From a virus: a stretch of DNA of 64,000 bases. The notes beneath the pieces were generated by a model. It saw only the letters and a program-made list of their open reading frames with translations, was not told the origin of the DNA and did not search any database. The stretch is from the IMG/VR virus record IMGVR_UViG_3300047334_000085; one strand, 5' to 3'. The translations under genes and the position numbers were made by a program. This document shows, piece after piece, positions 1 to 8,910 of this stretch. The stretch's first letter is position 1. Every line of letters starts with the position of its first letter.

Positions 1-1
1 G

Positions 2-346
2 ATCGTTGTCGAAGAGGTCGTGGTTCCGCTGCCGCCGCCACCGCCGCCGAACAAGCCCGCCAGGCTTCCTCCAGCGGTGGCGCCAGTAGCGCCACCAGTG
101 GCGGCGCCAGTGGCTGCACCAGTACCCGCCCCGCCCCGCCCTAGCCTCGCCATCGTGCCGCCGACCACGGTGTTCCTGCCGCGCCGTGTGGGCTGCTGCT
201 CGATGCCGATGTGGTCGAACAACGAGCGCACGAAATTCAATGCCGACGGCAGCCCGCTGCTGTGCCGCAAACCGACGTTGCAGGGATCGGGCTATTGCGC
301 CGAGCACCATGCGGCCACGCATGTGAAGGTGCCGCGCCGGGCATGA
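2..346 (+). CDS. GcrA-like cell-cycle regulator homologue, C-terminal part (5' end outside window)
   Basis: Frame is open from the window edge. A Pro/Ala-rich linker is followed by a Cys/His tail (CCSMPMW...LLCRKPTLQGSGYCAEHH) resembling the GcrA C-terminal domain. The stop overlaps the next ATG (ATGA 343-346). Confidence 0.5.
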   Translation: MVVEEVVVPLPPPPPPNKPARLPPAVAPVAPPVAAPVAAPVPAPPRPSLAIVPPTTVFLPRRVGCCSMPMWSNNERTKFNADGSPLLCRKPTLQGSGYCAEHHAATHVKVPRRA

Positions 347-897
347 GCGCGTTTCCAGCCCCGACCCTGAATGTCGATTTCCTCTCCCGGCTGCTGATGG
401 AGAAGGCGCGGCTGGTCGCGGCGATCGACGCTTTGGACATCGCCATCAGCGCCTATGAGGCGCTGGCGCTGGGGCTGCCGGTGCCCGCCATCCCGCCGCC
501 CGGCTATCTGCCGCCCGAGATCATCGCGGGCATCGCTGCGATGCCGGTGCAGGACGAGGCGGAGGTGCCGGCGGTGGCGGCGATGCCCGAAGAGGTGGCG
601 CGGTTCGCGCAGGCGCACGACATAAGCTGGCGCGGCTGGGACGATTTGCGCCGGGTGAACGAAAAGCGCGACCAGCTAAATCTGCCGCGCTTCAAGCGTC
701 CGTTCGCCATCCTGGCCAACCCCGAGGACGAAGCGATCAAGTCGCGCAGACCCGCCTATGCGGCGGATTTCAACGAGATTTCGGCCTGGGCCAATGATCA
801 GGGCGTCAGGTTCCGGGCCTGGGCGGATCTTCACGGTGTCAACATGGTGCGCGACGTGCAGAACCTGCCGCGCTTTCGTCGCAAGGCGATCGCGTGA
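343..897 (+). CDS. Hypothetical protein with an internal duplication of a ~30-aa W..W.DL..VN..RD..NLPRF(K/R)R motif
   Basis: Internal ATG of the 211..897 ORF, coupled by ATGA to the upstream stop. The two motif copies are HDISWRGWDDLRRVNEKRDQLNLPRFKR and QGVRFRAWADLHGVNMVRDVQNLPRFRR. Confidence 0.6.
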   Translation: MSAFPAPTLNVDFLSRLLMEKARLVAAIDALDIAISAYEALALGLPVPAIPPPGYLPPEIIAGIAAMPVQDEAEVPAVAAMPEEVARFAQAHDISWRGWDDLRRVNEKRDQLNLPRFKRPFAILANPEDEAIKSRRPAYAADFNEISAWANDQGVRFRAWADLHGVNMVRDVQNLPRFRRKAIA

Positions 898-1277
898 TGG
901 TGGCGTATTCCTTCAACAAGATGTTCGTGCCGCCGATCCTGGCGGGGACCAAGCGCCAGACCATCCGCGCCGAACGCAAGCGGCATGCGCGGCCGGGCGA
1001 TACGCTGCAACTCTACCGGGGGATGCGCACCAAGCACTGTGCGCTGATCGCGGTGGCGACGTGCACGGATGTTCAGCCGATCCACCTGCAAATCGCGTAT
1101 CCGCCGCACGCTGCGTTCGATGGGAAGCGATTGCGGCTGCTAGACGGCCTGGACGACTTCGCCCGCGCGGACGGGTTCGAGGATTGGCAGGCAATGCGCC
1201 AGTTCTGGGAGGTGAACCATCCAGACATGCCTGACTTCTCGGGCGTCTTGATACGTTGGGGAGACCTGGCAACGTGA
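894..1277 (+). CDS. ASCH (PUA-like) domain protein
   Basis: The N-terminus (FNKMFVPPILAGTKRQTIRAERKRHARPGDTLQLY) matches the ASCH pattern (F..I..G.K..T.R....GD). Start overlaps the upstream stop. Confidence 0.65.
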   Translation: MMVAYSFNKMFVPPILAGTKRQTIRAERKRHARPGDTLQLYRGMRTKHCALIAVATCTDVQPIHLQIAYPPHAAFDGKRLRLLDGLDDFARADGFEDWQAMRQFWEVNHPDMPDFSGVLIRWGDLAT

Positions 1278-2218
1278 AAGACATCATCGCCATCGTCTCC
1301 GTCTCGGGCGGCAAGGACAGTCAGGAAACCGCCAACCGCGCGATCGATGCCTACGGTCCGGACCGCGTCAGGCTGATGATGGCTGACACCGGCCACGAGC
1401 ATCCGCTGACCATGGATTTTGTGCGCAACGACCTGCCGGCGATGCTTGGCTTGCCTGTCACCATTCTGCGCGCTGATTTTTGCCAACGCCTCGCGCGCAA
1501 GCGAAGGTTCATCGCCGAGAACTGGGAATACATGGGCGTCCCGCTCGCGCGGATCGACCGGGCGCTGGAACTGCTGCGCCCCACAGGCAATCCCTACCTC
1601 GACCTGTGCATGTGGAAGGGCCGGTTTCCGTCCCGCAAGGCGCAGTTCTGCACGGGCTTACTGAAGGGCGACGTGCTGGATGCTTTCATCCTGGCAGCGA
1701 TGCGCGATGGACCGGTGGAGTCCTGGCAGGGCATCCGGCGCGACGAGAGTGAAAACCGGCGCGATGTAATCGCCTATGAGCCGGCATGTCTCGATCGCCC
1801 CTGGCCGATCGTGCGGCCGGTCGTGGACCTGACGGCACAGCAGACCGTCGATGCGATCCTGGCGCGCGGGCAATGGCTGAACCCGCTTTATTCCATGGGG
1901 ATGAAGCGGGTGGGCTGCATGCCCTGTATCAACTGCGGCAAGGACGAGTTGATGGAAATCTCGGACCGCTGGCCGGAAGAAATCGATCGCGTTCGCGAGT
2001 GGGAATCTATCGTCGCCGACGTATCGAAACGCGCATCGGCGACGTTCTTCGCCGATCCCATCAAACAGGGACGTTCCAGGCCGCACCCATCGGTCCAGTA
2101 TGCGCGAATTGATGAGGTGGTGGCGTGGTCGAAGACCAGCCGGGGTGGCAAGCAGTTTGATCTGATCCGCGCCATCCCGTCTGATCAATGCTCATCGCTC
2201 TACGGGCTATGCGAATGA
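1274..2218 (+). CDS. PAPS reductase / PP-loop ATP-pyrophosphatase family protein (DndC/CysH-like)
   Basis: SGGKDS PP-loop motif near the N-terminus (IVSVSGGKDSQ) and a C-terminal Cys cluster (GCMPCINCG). The GTG at 1274 forms a GTGA overlap with the ASCH stop. The ATG at 1256 is the alternative start. Confidence 0.8.
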   Translation: MKDIIAIVSVSGGKDSQETANRAIDAYGPDRVRLMMADTGHEHPLTMDFVRNDLPAMLGLPVTILRADFCQRLARKRRFIAENWEYMGVPLARIDRALELLRPTGNPYLDLCMWKGRFPSRKAQFCTGLLKGDVLDAFILAAMRDGPVESWQGIRRDESENRRDVIAYEPACLDRPWPIVRPVVDLTAQQTVDAILARGQWLNPLYSMGMKRVGCMPCINCGKDELMEISDRWPEEIDRVREWESIVADVSKRASATFFADPIKQGRSRPHPSVQYARIDEVVAWSKTSRGGKQFDLIRAIPSDQCSSLYGLCE

Positions 2219-2430
2219 GCGCCGACGCCAACTACTGCCCCCGATGCGGCCTGTGGCACGACATGCCGTTCTGCGACCACGACCCCGAAGCACCCTGCCT
2301 GGAAGGCTGCGGGCGCAAGCGGGGCTGGCGCTGGCTGGGCGATGACCGCGCCGAGGTGAAGCCGCGCACCCGCTGCTGGACCTGTTGGGCGGTGGGGCTG
2401 GGGCTGATCAAAGGAGCATTGGCGCAATGA
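2215..2430 (+). CDS. Small Cys-rich (zinc-ribbon-like) protein
   Basis: ATGA coupling at 2215-2218. Contains CPRCG...C..H...C..GC. Confidence 0.55.
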   Translation: MSADANYCPRCGLWHDMPFCDHDPEAPCLEGCGRKRGWRWLGDDRAEVKPRTRCWTCWAVGLGLIKGALAQ

Positions 2431-3383
2431 ACAAAGCTGTCCAACTGGCGATGGGCGACATCATCCCGGCGTCGATCGGGCATAACCACATCCCCCTGGC
2501 CGACCGCGCCGATCGGATACGTTCGCTGGTCAACGTCGCGCGCGGCTGCATCATCGAGATTGGGCGGGAACTGATCGAAGCGAAAGCCGATCAGCCGCAC
2601 GGGCAATGGTTGCCGTGGCTGGAACGTGAGTTCAATTGGTCTGTACCTACGGCTGATCGATACATGCAGGTCGCCCGTGCATTTCAAATTCCTCAGTATG
2701 AGGACTTTGCTTCTCTAACGATCGACGCGACCGCCCTTTACGCGCTGGCTGCGCCCGACGTTCCGCAGCAAGCCCGCGAAGAAGCTGTCGAACGCGCCGA
2801 ATCCGGCGAACACATCACACTGAAAGACGCACAGGAAATGGTCGCCAAGGCCGTGGCGGCGCGCGCCGAGACCGAAATGGAGATCATCGCCAATGCGGTC
2901 AAAGAAGCCAACGCCCAGCAGGAAGCCAAGACCAAGGCGGCAATTAAGGAAGCGACGCAGAAGCTGCGCGACGACAAGAAAGCACTGGCCGACACGATAG
3001 CCGCAATCAAGGCGGAACTGGCATCTCCTGATCTGAAAACGATCGCCGCCGTGTTGTGCAAGATGCTGAAGATCAAGCGCCTGACGGACCGGCATTACAG
3101 CGGCTTGGCGCAGGTGCTAGGGCGCGGCATTTCCGTCGGCAACAAGACCTATTCGCCATTGCCGGAAGAAGAACTCGCGCGGATCAGTGAGACGCTGCGG
3201 TTGGCCGGATCGGCGGCCAGCGCATTGGCAACACTCGGCGGTTCGGCGCCGCCGCATGCGCTTCTGGCGACGTGCATGCCGGTGCAACGGCTGATGATTC
3301 GCGACCGCCTTGGCGCCGCGCGTGCCTGGATAGAGCAATGCCAATCCGCGCTGGAAGATTACGATCCCAACGAAAAGGTCTGA
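2427..3383 (+). CDS. DUF3102-like phage protein
   Basis: AAGGAG at 2411-2416 precedes ATG 2427, which overlaps the upstream TGA. The N-terminal region (ADRIRSLVNVARGCIIEIGRELIEAK...HGQWLPWLEREF) matches the DUF3102 pattern as I recall it. Coiled-coil C-terminus. Confidence 0.65.
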   Translation: MNKAVQLAMGDIIPASIGHNHIPLADRADRIRSLVNVARGCIIEIGRELIEAKADQPHGQWLPWLEREFNWSVPTADRYMQVARAFQIPQYEDFASLTIDATALYALAAPDVPQQAREEAVERAESGEHITLKDAQEMVAKAVAARAETEMEIIANAVKEANAQQEAKTKAAIKEATQKLRDDKKALADTIAAIKAELASPDLKTIAAVLCKMLKIKRLTDRHYSGLAQVLGRGISVGNKTYSPLPEEELARISETLRLAGSAASALATLGGSAPPHALLATCMPVQRLMIRDRLGAARAWIEQCQSALEDYDPNEKV

Positions 3384-3387
3384 TGTC

Positions 3388-3891
3388 ATGACGCAACACA
3401 TTCGTCTGCGCTTTCCGGCTGACCTTTGGGCCAGCCTGGACGCCAAGATCCTGGAGGTCGAAGCCGAATTGAAGGCCGAAGACACCAAGGGCAAAGGTTA
3501 TACAAACGCCGATATTGGCGCCAAGCTCGTCGAATACTCGTCGATTCTGTTCGCTAACTTTTTCGCGGAAACCGTCGCCGATGTCGTGGCGCGGCGGATC
3601 AGTTTGGTGTTGGGCGGCGGGCAGGACGAAACATTGTCGTTCGATGACCAAGGCATCCTCCCTGGTATCATCGTGGCGACGCACTTCTCGGTGCCGCAGG
3701 CCGACAAGACCATGCCACGCTGGAAGCGCAAGCGCGATTGCACGCCGAACGATCTCACCATGGTTCTGCTGCATCGCGAGAAGATCGACGAAGCCCGCGC
3801 TGAAGTTAAGGCCAGCATCGAGGTGCTTCGGGAGACTGCTTTGCGGCGCGGCTGCAAGCCAGACCAGCCCATCAGCAGCGTCGGTTTCTGA
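3388..3891 (+). CDS. Hypothetical protein
   Basis: ORF track, co-directional and 4 nt after the previous stop. Balanced composition. Confidence 0.6.
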   Translation: MTQHIRLRFPADLWASLDAKILEVEAELKAEDTKGKGYTNADIGAKLVEYSSILFANFFAETVADVVARRISLVLGGGQDETLSFDDQGILPGIIVATHFSVPQADKTMPRWKRKRDCTPNDLTMVLLHREKIDEARAEVKASIEVLRETALRRGCKPDQPISSVGF

Positions 3892-3903
3892 AGCCACAGA
3901 GCC

Positions 3904-4230
3904 ATGAGCACCCGCTGGACCCCCGAGTTCATCGAGAAAGTCCGCAGGCTGGCGGAGCAGGGCTATTCTGCCAAACAGACCGCCGTAATAACCGTTATGC
4001 GTCTTGGCACGCTCACCCAGCAGTGCAGTGCGAGGGGCATCAGCTTCCAGCGGATGCCGAAAAGCCGCCGCCCGAGGATCAACCCCGAACCCGCGCCGTC
4101 GCCCGAAGATACGATGCAAGCCGAGGAACGGCTGCTGCTGTTAGCCCGCGCGGATCTTGCCCATCAGATTGCCCTGGCACGCGCCGAAGCTGCGACCGCG
4201 CCAATATACCGGGGGGGAGACTGGACTTGA
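3904..4230 (+). CDS. Small HTH protein resembling the GcrA N-terminal DNA-binding domain
   Basis: MSTRWTPEFIEKVRRLAEQGYSAKQTA... parallels the GcrA N-terminus (W T.E....L..L...G.SA.QIA). Confidence 0.45.
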   Translation: MSTRWTPEFIEKVRRLAEQGYSAKQTAVITVMRLGTLTQQCSARGISFQRMPKSRRPRINPEPAPSPEDTMQAEERLLLLARADLAHQIALARAEAATAPIYRGGDWT

Positions 4231-5246
4231 AAAAGAAGCCATCTACATGGATGCCGCTCTATATTGGCGATTACATGCGCGACACAGCGCATTTGTCTGC
4301 CACCGAACACGGCGCCTACATGCTGCTGCTGATGCACGCATGGACACATGGCGGCGCGTTGCCCGCTGCCCCACAACGGTTGTGCATCATCGGAAAGTTG
4401 GATGCCAAAGCCTGGAAGCAGTCAGGCCCGGTTCTCACAGCCTTCTTCGCGCGTGATGGGGATGTGTTGCGGCAGAAGCGCCTGGACGAAGAACTCGCCA
4501 TTGCGCAAAGCCACACAGAGCAACGTCGATCCGCTGGGAAGATTTCCGGCCAAGCGCGTACCCGCAAGATGCAAAATACAGGCAACGAAACGCCCGGAAA
4601 TGAGCAACGAGAAGTCAACGAGCGTTCAACGAGCGTTGCAACGGGAGGGCCAACGAAAGGTCAACGAAACGCCAGACCTTCACCTTCACCTTCACCAAAG
4701 AAAGGAAGAAAGAGTACGGGACTTCGTCCCGAGGTCATCCTGGCGGACGACCACGGCGGAATTCCACCGCCGTTGGACGGTTTGCCGGAGGCGAAACCAG
4801 GCAAGGCGAAACCGAACCCGACCGAGATCGTCGAATGGGCGGTCACGACCTGGAACCGCGTCTGCGGCGGCAAACTCAGCCCGGTGGTGAAGATCACGCC
4901 CAACCGCCGCGATGCGTTCCTGCGGCGCTGGCGCGAGGATTTCGGCGAGGATGCCGAGCAGTGGCAGCGGTTTTGCGAGCGGGTGGCGGCCTCGAACTTT
5001 CTGACCAACGCGGAGCGGAAAAACCGCGCTGACTGGCGGGCAAACTTCGATTTCGTGCTCGAACCGCGCAACCTGATCCGCATCGTCGAGGGGCTTTGGG
5101 ATCCGCCGCCCGTGGTCGAAAAGCACGACCCGTGGGCCTGGGTGGACAAGTTGAACGGGACCGAAACCGTCGGCGGCGATGGCACCGCAACCGAGTTTGA
5201 CCTGGAGGCGACGCCCGATGAACAGGGCACTTTCCGTCCGCACTGA
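4227..5246 (+). CDS. DUF1376 (YdaU-like) phage replication-associated protein
   Basis: WMPLYIGDYMRDTAHLSATEHGAYMLLLMHAW is the DUF1376 signature. TTG 4227 lies after GGGGGAGA and overlaps the upstream stop. ATG 4251 is the alternative. The upstream part of track ORF 4023.. is Arg/Pro junk. Confidence 0.7.
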   Translation: MKKKPSTWMPLYIGDYMRDTAHLSATEHGAYMLLLMHAWTHGGALPAAPQRLCIIGKLDAKAWKQSGPVLTAFFARDGDVLRQKRLDEELAIAQSHTEQRRSAGKISGQARTRKMQNTGNETPGNEQREVNERSTSVATGGPTKGQRNARPSPSPSPKKGRKSTGLRPEVILADDHGGIPPPLDGLPEAKPGKAKPNPTEIVEWAVTTWNRVCGGKLSPVVKITPNRRDAFLRRWREDFGEDAEQWQRFCERVAASNFLTNAERKNRADWRANFDFVLEPRNLIRIVEGLWDPPPVVEKHDPWAWVDKLNGTETVGGDGTATEFDLEATPDEQGTFRPH

Positions 5247-6003
5247 AACGCTGCCGGCGCTGGCCAGCCTGCCGCCGATGTCGGGTTCGTTGCGGTATTA
5301 CGTCGGCGGCGATGCGGTGATCGACGGTGATTTGCATCCCGTTCACGGCACGCCTGGACCGCGCGACATCGACGAAGCCCGGCGTGCGCTGCCCCAGGCG
5401 GAACACCAGTGCCGCCCGGCCACCATCGGCGTGATTGCGGCGTGGTGCCGCAAGCTGTCGCCGCATTTGCCGAAAGCGCCGATCGCGGACGATGCGGTGA
5501 TGCTCGCGGTGCAAGGCATCGCCATGGCCTGCGGTGATTTGCCCTACGCGGTGTGGACCGGCGAGACGGCCGCTGAAGCGCTGCGGGTGCTGGAGTGGTG
5601 GCCAACCCCGGCCAAGGTGCTGGAACTGCTGGCGCCCCATGCGCGGCGCTACAGGCGCATCCGTGACGGGCTGGCGCGGGTGGTGGCAGCCGGTGCACAG
5701 CCAGCGCAGCCGCCACACAAGCCCGAGGACCCGACGCCCGAGGCGGTTGCCTACGTGGCAGCGGCGGTGGCGACGGTGGTGGGGGAACGGACGTTCAGCC
5801 AGGGCTTGCCGAGCGAGCGGTTGAAGGTGCGGCCAGGGGCGATGTCGGACGGCACGTTGCTGGCGACCTATCAGCGCATTGTGGAAAACGGGCAGCGTGA
5901 TGGCGCTGGTGGTGCGGAAAAGCTGGCGGCGAACGCGGCGGCGATACGGGTGCGGCTGATCAAGGAAAAGATGGTCTGGGCCGATCCAGGCGCGGATGCC
6001 TAG
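5218..6003 (+). CDS. Hypothetical protein
   Basis: Internal ATG of ORF 5179..6003. Last gene of the rightward early block. The exact start is uncertain. Confidence 0.5.
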   Translation: MNRALSVRTETLPALASLPPMSGSLRYYVGGDAVIDGDLHPVHGTPGPRDIDEARRALPQAEHQCRPATIGVIAAWCRKLSPHLPKAPIADDAVMLAVQGIAMACGDLPYAVWTGETAAEALRVLEWWPTPAKVLELLAPHARRYRRIRDGLARVVAAGAQPAQPPHKPEDPTPEAVAYVAAAVATVVGERTFSQGLPSERLKVRPGAMSDGTLLATYQRIVENGQRDGAGGAEKLAANAAAIRVRLIKEKMVWADPGADA

Positions 6004-6017
6004 ATCGACCCGTTTAA

Positions 6018-6170
6018 CTACCTCAAATCGTCGGGCAGTTCGTCGGTCCAGTCGGGGTATGGATCACTGTCGGTTGGCCTCCACCGTGCTCGCCGTCGCT
6101 TCTCTTTCTCCAGCGCCATATCTGCCCTGGCGTCGCTGTCGCCATACTCGCGTTCGTCGTCGTCCATCAT
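6018..6170 (-). CDS. Small acidic protein (50 aa, below the ORF-track cutoff)
   Basis: GGAGG lies upstream of ATGATG on the minus strand. Translation is MMDDDEREYGDSDARADMALEKEKRRRARWRPTDSDPYPDWTDELPDDLR. Last gene of the leftward operon. Confidence 0.4.
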   Translation of the reverse strand: MMDDDEREYGDSDARADMALEKEKRRRARWRPTDSDPYPDWTDELPDDLR

Positions 6171-6243
6171 TCAACCTCCGACAGTATGGCGATCACCTCC
6201 GCCGCGTGGGCGAACAGCACTAGCGGTAGATCCAGGATCTTGG

Positions 6244-6540
6244 TCATGTTGATTTCCGCAAATTCGTCCAATAGCCGTCCCGCGCGTTGAACGTCATCCC
6301 CCGGTGGTCGCGGGCCTCGGCGTCAAGTTGGTCTTGCATTTCGCCCACCGTCATCGCCATCGCGCCGTCGCAGTCCACCATGGAGATTTCCAGCCTAGCC
6401 CGTTCGGCCCGCCGCTCTTTCCGCCTGCGATCGTGTCGGATCACCATGCGCAAGGCGTTGCGCACATGCGACTCTTCCATGTCGGACACGGCGATCTGGG
6501 TGCCGTCGCGCATGGTCCACATTTCGTCTTTTTCGAACAT
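6244..6540 (-). CDS. Hypothetical protein (98 aa)
   Basis: Start MFEKDEMW is chosen where ATGA overlaps the upstream gene stop at 6540. The upstream part of track ORF 6244..6813 is Arg-rich junk. Confidence 0.55.
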   Translation of the reverse strand: MFEKDEMWTMRDGTQIAVSDMEESHVRNALRMVIRHDRRRKERRAERARLEISMVDCDGAMAMTVGEMQDQLDAEARDHRGMTFNARDGYWTNLRKST

Positions 6541-6893
6541 CACTCTGCCTCCGACAATGCGGCCACCGCCGCGTGGTATTGCACGAACCGCTCGCGCACG
6601 GCTTTCAGCGCATCGCCGTAGGCGTCGCCTACCAGGGCGCCACGCGCCGCGAGGTCGTGCACCTCGGCGTAGTGGCGGGTTTCGCGGGCGGCCTCGCGTT
6701 CGGCGGCGATCGTGACATAGCGGGCCGACGTCAGATCGGCGCAGGTCTGTGCCATTGCGTCGAGCACCGCGAGGACGACATCGATGCGGGCGACCGCTGA
6801 TCCGTCGCGGCACACACCGGCGGCGATGCGCTGGTGCGCACAGACCGCCAGCACGGCCGCCAGGATCGGGTTTCGGTTGGCATGTGTGGGCAT
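6540..6893 (-). CDS. Hypothetical protein (117 aa)
   Basis: Start at MPTHANRNPILAAV. The preceding part of the track ORF is compositionally junk and overlaps the 6925..7140 gene. Confidence 0.5.
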   Translation of the reverse strand: MPTHANRNPILAAVLAVCAHQRIAAGVCRDGSAVARIDVVLAVLDAMAQTCADLTSARYVTIAAEREAARETRHYAEVHDLAARGALVGDAYGDALKAVRERFVQYHAAVAALSEAE

Positions 6894-6924
6894 ATGGCGA
6901 AAACCTTTCAATTCATCGCAGTTG

Positions 6925-7140
6925 TCAGCAGCCGGGTTTTGTGGGTGCGGTTCGGGCGAGCCATCCTTTCGCGGTGGCATAGCGGGCCGCGAACAACCGC
7001 ACGGCGCGTTCGGGCAGCACCACGGCGGTATCCGTGTCATCGAAGAGGACACGCACCATGCCCCGGCACGGCCTGCCGCGCAGCACGCGCCCGAGCCGTC
7101 CCGTTGTGGCGTGGGTGACGCCGGCACCAGCGCGGATCAT
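6925..7140 (-). CDS. Hypothetical small protein (71 aa)
   Basis: ORF track. It fills the gap in the leftward operon, 2 nt after the upstream gene. Confidence 0.45.
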   Translation of the reverse strand: MIRAGAGVTHATTGRLGRVLRGRPCRGMVRVLFDDTDTAVVLPERAVRLFAARYATAKGWLARTAPTKPGC

Positions 7141-7142
7141 GG

Positions 7143-7337
7143 TCAGATTTTCCCCATCAGATGCACCAGTACGAACATGGCGGTGACCCCGAGTGCGGCG
7201 GCGATCACGATCGAGCCTAGGAACTTGACCAGGAAGCGGCGAAGCTGCGGCGGGAACTCAGACCAGATCCAGGCGAACCAGCGGCAGGCGGTGAGCAGCA
7301 CGAGCACCGGCAACACCCACCAAAGCAGGGCGCTCAT
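7143..7337 (-). CDS. Small membrane protein (two predicted TM helices)
   Basis: MSALLWWVLPVLVLLTA...IVIAAALGVTAMFVLV. ATGA overlap with the upstream gene stop at 7334. Confidence 0.55.
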   Translation of the reverse strand: MSALLWWVLPVLVLLTACRWFAWIWSEFPPQLRRFLVKFLGSIVIAAALGVTAMFVLVHLMGKI

Positions 7338-8269
7338 GCCTCGCTCCCGCCGCACTCGTTGCCCAACACCGCCACCAGCGCCTGATGCGCCGCTGTCAAT
7401 GCTGGCGTGCCATCACCCACCGAGATCGTCAGATCGATCGCGGCCAAGGCGATCTGAGCGGCACGGCGCAGCGGATCATCCGACAGCCCGGTGAGGCAGG
7501 CGAGGAAGTCATCCGGTGTTGCTTCGGCAACCTCGGCCTCGACCGGCTGCGGCGGCTGGATCAGCCGTTCTTTTTCGGGGATCAGCGCCATCGCGGCCAG
7601 CGCGTTCATCGCGTACTGGCCTGCGTCCCCGCACGCCATCATCGCATCCAGATCGGCGTTGAATTCGGCCTCGATCCCTTCGGCGATCGCCACGGGCTTG
7701 TCGCCCACGGAACGGGCGTAGATGCCGTGCGCATCGATCCCGATGCGGCAGGCGTGCGTCCACCGCATCGCGATCAGCGTGCCTTTGGCTTCGGCCCAGT
7801 CGTCCGTGGCGAAGTCGCCCATGTGCCTATCGTTTGCGTCGAACGTCATCAGCGTGAAGCGGCGCGAGCCGTCCGAGTGCATTTCGCGCTGCGAAACGTC
7901 GGCGTAATCGATGTAGATCACCATCGCCCCGTCGGGGCCTCGAAACGTCCACGATGGCGCCGTGTCGTTGTGCCAGTGCGTCGGCACCATCCAGGCGGGA
8001 ATATCCTGCGGCAGCGTCTCGACCGGGTAATCAGGGAACTCGTATTCCAGGCTGCCGGGCGCACGGGCGGCGTTCGGCTGCACGTCGAGGTGGGTGACGC
8101 CCGCTGGATCAAAGGTTGCCACCAGGAGCTTCGGATGGCGGCCGTATTTGCACCACCAGACCTGGGCGCCGATCTCCGCACGGCGGGTCAGGGCTTTGAC
8201 GGCTGCCGCACGCTCGCGATAGGTGCGGGGGAGGATTTCGGCGGCGGCGGTTTTGATGATGTATGGCAT
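7334..8269 (-). CDS. Hypothetical protein (311 aa)
   Basis: Start at MPYIIKTAAAE. Balanced composition. No family recognised. Confidence 0.6.
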   Translation of the reverse strand: MPYIIKTAAAEILPRTYRERAAAVKALTRRAEIGAQVWWCKYGRHPKLLVATFDPAGVTHLDVQPNAARAPGSLEYEFPDYPVETLPQDIPAWMVPTHWHNDTAPSWTFRGPDGAMVIYIDYADVSQREMHSDGSRRFTLMTFDANDRHMGDFATDDWAEAKGTLIAMRWTHACRIGIDAHGIYARSVGDKPVAIAEGIEAEFNADLDAMMACGDAGQYAMNALAAMALIPEKERLIQPPQPVEAEVAEATPDDFLACLTGLSDDPLRRAAQIALAAIDLTISVGDGTPALTAAHQALVAVLGNECGGSEA

Positions 8270-8338
8270 CGTGGTTTTCCTGCCCCGGACCGGCGAGGCG
8301 CCCGTAGTCATTGAGTGAAGGCGTGTCAGGTCGTTCGG

Positions 8339-8677
8339 TCAGAAGCACCCGGCCCATGTGCAGAGTTGACCACCGCGAAACAGGACGCCAATTCCGCGAA
8401 CGACGTCGCAGAAGACCGTAAAAAGGAAGTAGGAGGCCGCGACCCTCCAGCCGATTGCCCAGACGGCGGCCCATAACGCCGCCCAAAGCGCAGCCGAAAA
8501 TTCACGAAGATCCTGACTCCACTTCGCCCGCAGAGCCGAATTTCCGGCAGAGCGTTCCCAACCCTCAAGAAACGTAAGAGCCACGCCAAGCAACACGACC
8601 GCGATGAAGGTGACGATGAACAGCGGGATGCCGATCTCGGCATAGAACACAAGCTGAGAGGCGATATCTCGGATCAT
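8339..8677 (-). CDS. Membrane protein (about 3 TM helices)
   Basis: Start MIRDIASQLVFYAEIGIPLFIVTFIAVVLLGVAL lies 1 nt after the upstream stop. Confidence 0.55.
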   Translation of the reverse strand: MIRDIASQLVFYAEIGIPLFIVTFIAVVLLGVALTFLEGWERSAGNSALRAKWSQDLREFSAALWAALWAAVWAIGWRVAASYFLFTVFCDVVRGIGVLFRGGQLCTWAGCF

Positions 8678-8678
8678 G

Positions 8679-8909
8679 TCACCTGCCTCCGCTTGATAGC
8701 TGGTCGATGTTGTGGCGTGCGGCATAGTCGGCGGCAGCGTGTTGGGCTGCCGCAACGCTCATGTCCGAAAACATGAACACCTCGCATATCCACCCCTTGC
8801 CGTGGTCGTGCACGCCGTACCCCGTGGTGCGGGTTTTCGCCTTCATTTCCACCACTTCGAAGCGGGGCTGAAGAATGGCCTTGATGCTCGTCTCGGTGCT
8901 GTCGCTCAT
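8679..8909 (-). CDS. Hypothetical small protein
   Basis: Start MSDSTETS lies directly after the upstream stop at 8911. Confidence 0.5.
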   Translation of the reverse strand: MSDSTETSIKAILQPRFEVVEMKAKTRTTGYGVHDHGKGWICEVFMFSDMSVAAAQHAAADYAARHNIDQLSSGGR

Positions 8910-8910
8910 G

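Noticed and set aside
4661-5718. Long minus-strand ORFs (351 and 274 aa) antisense to the DUF1376 gene and its neighbour
   Set aside because: The translations are Arg/Pro/Ala/Gly-rich with no balanced segments. This is the typical shadow ORF of a high-GC gene, and the + strand carries a recognisable DUF1376 signature.
6167-6247. 26-aa minus-strand micro-ORF (MTKILDLPLVLFAHAAEVIAILSEVE) ATGA-coupled on both sides
   Set aside because: It is plausible from the coupling but too short to support on sequence alone. It is mentioned only under the leftward-operon finding.
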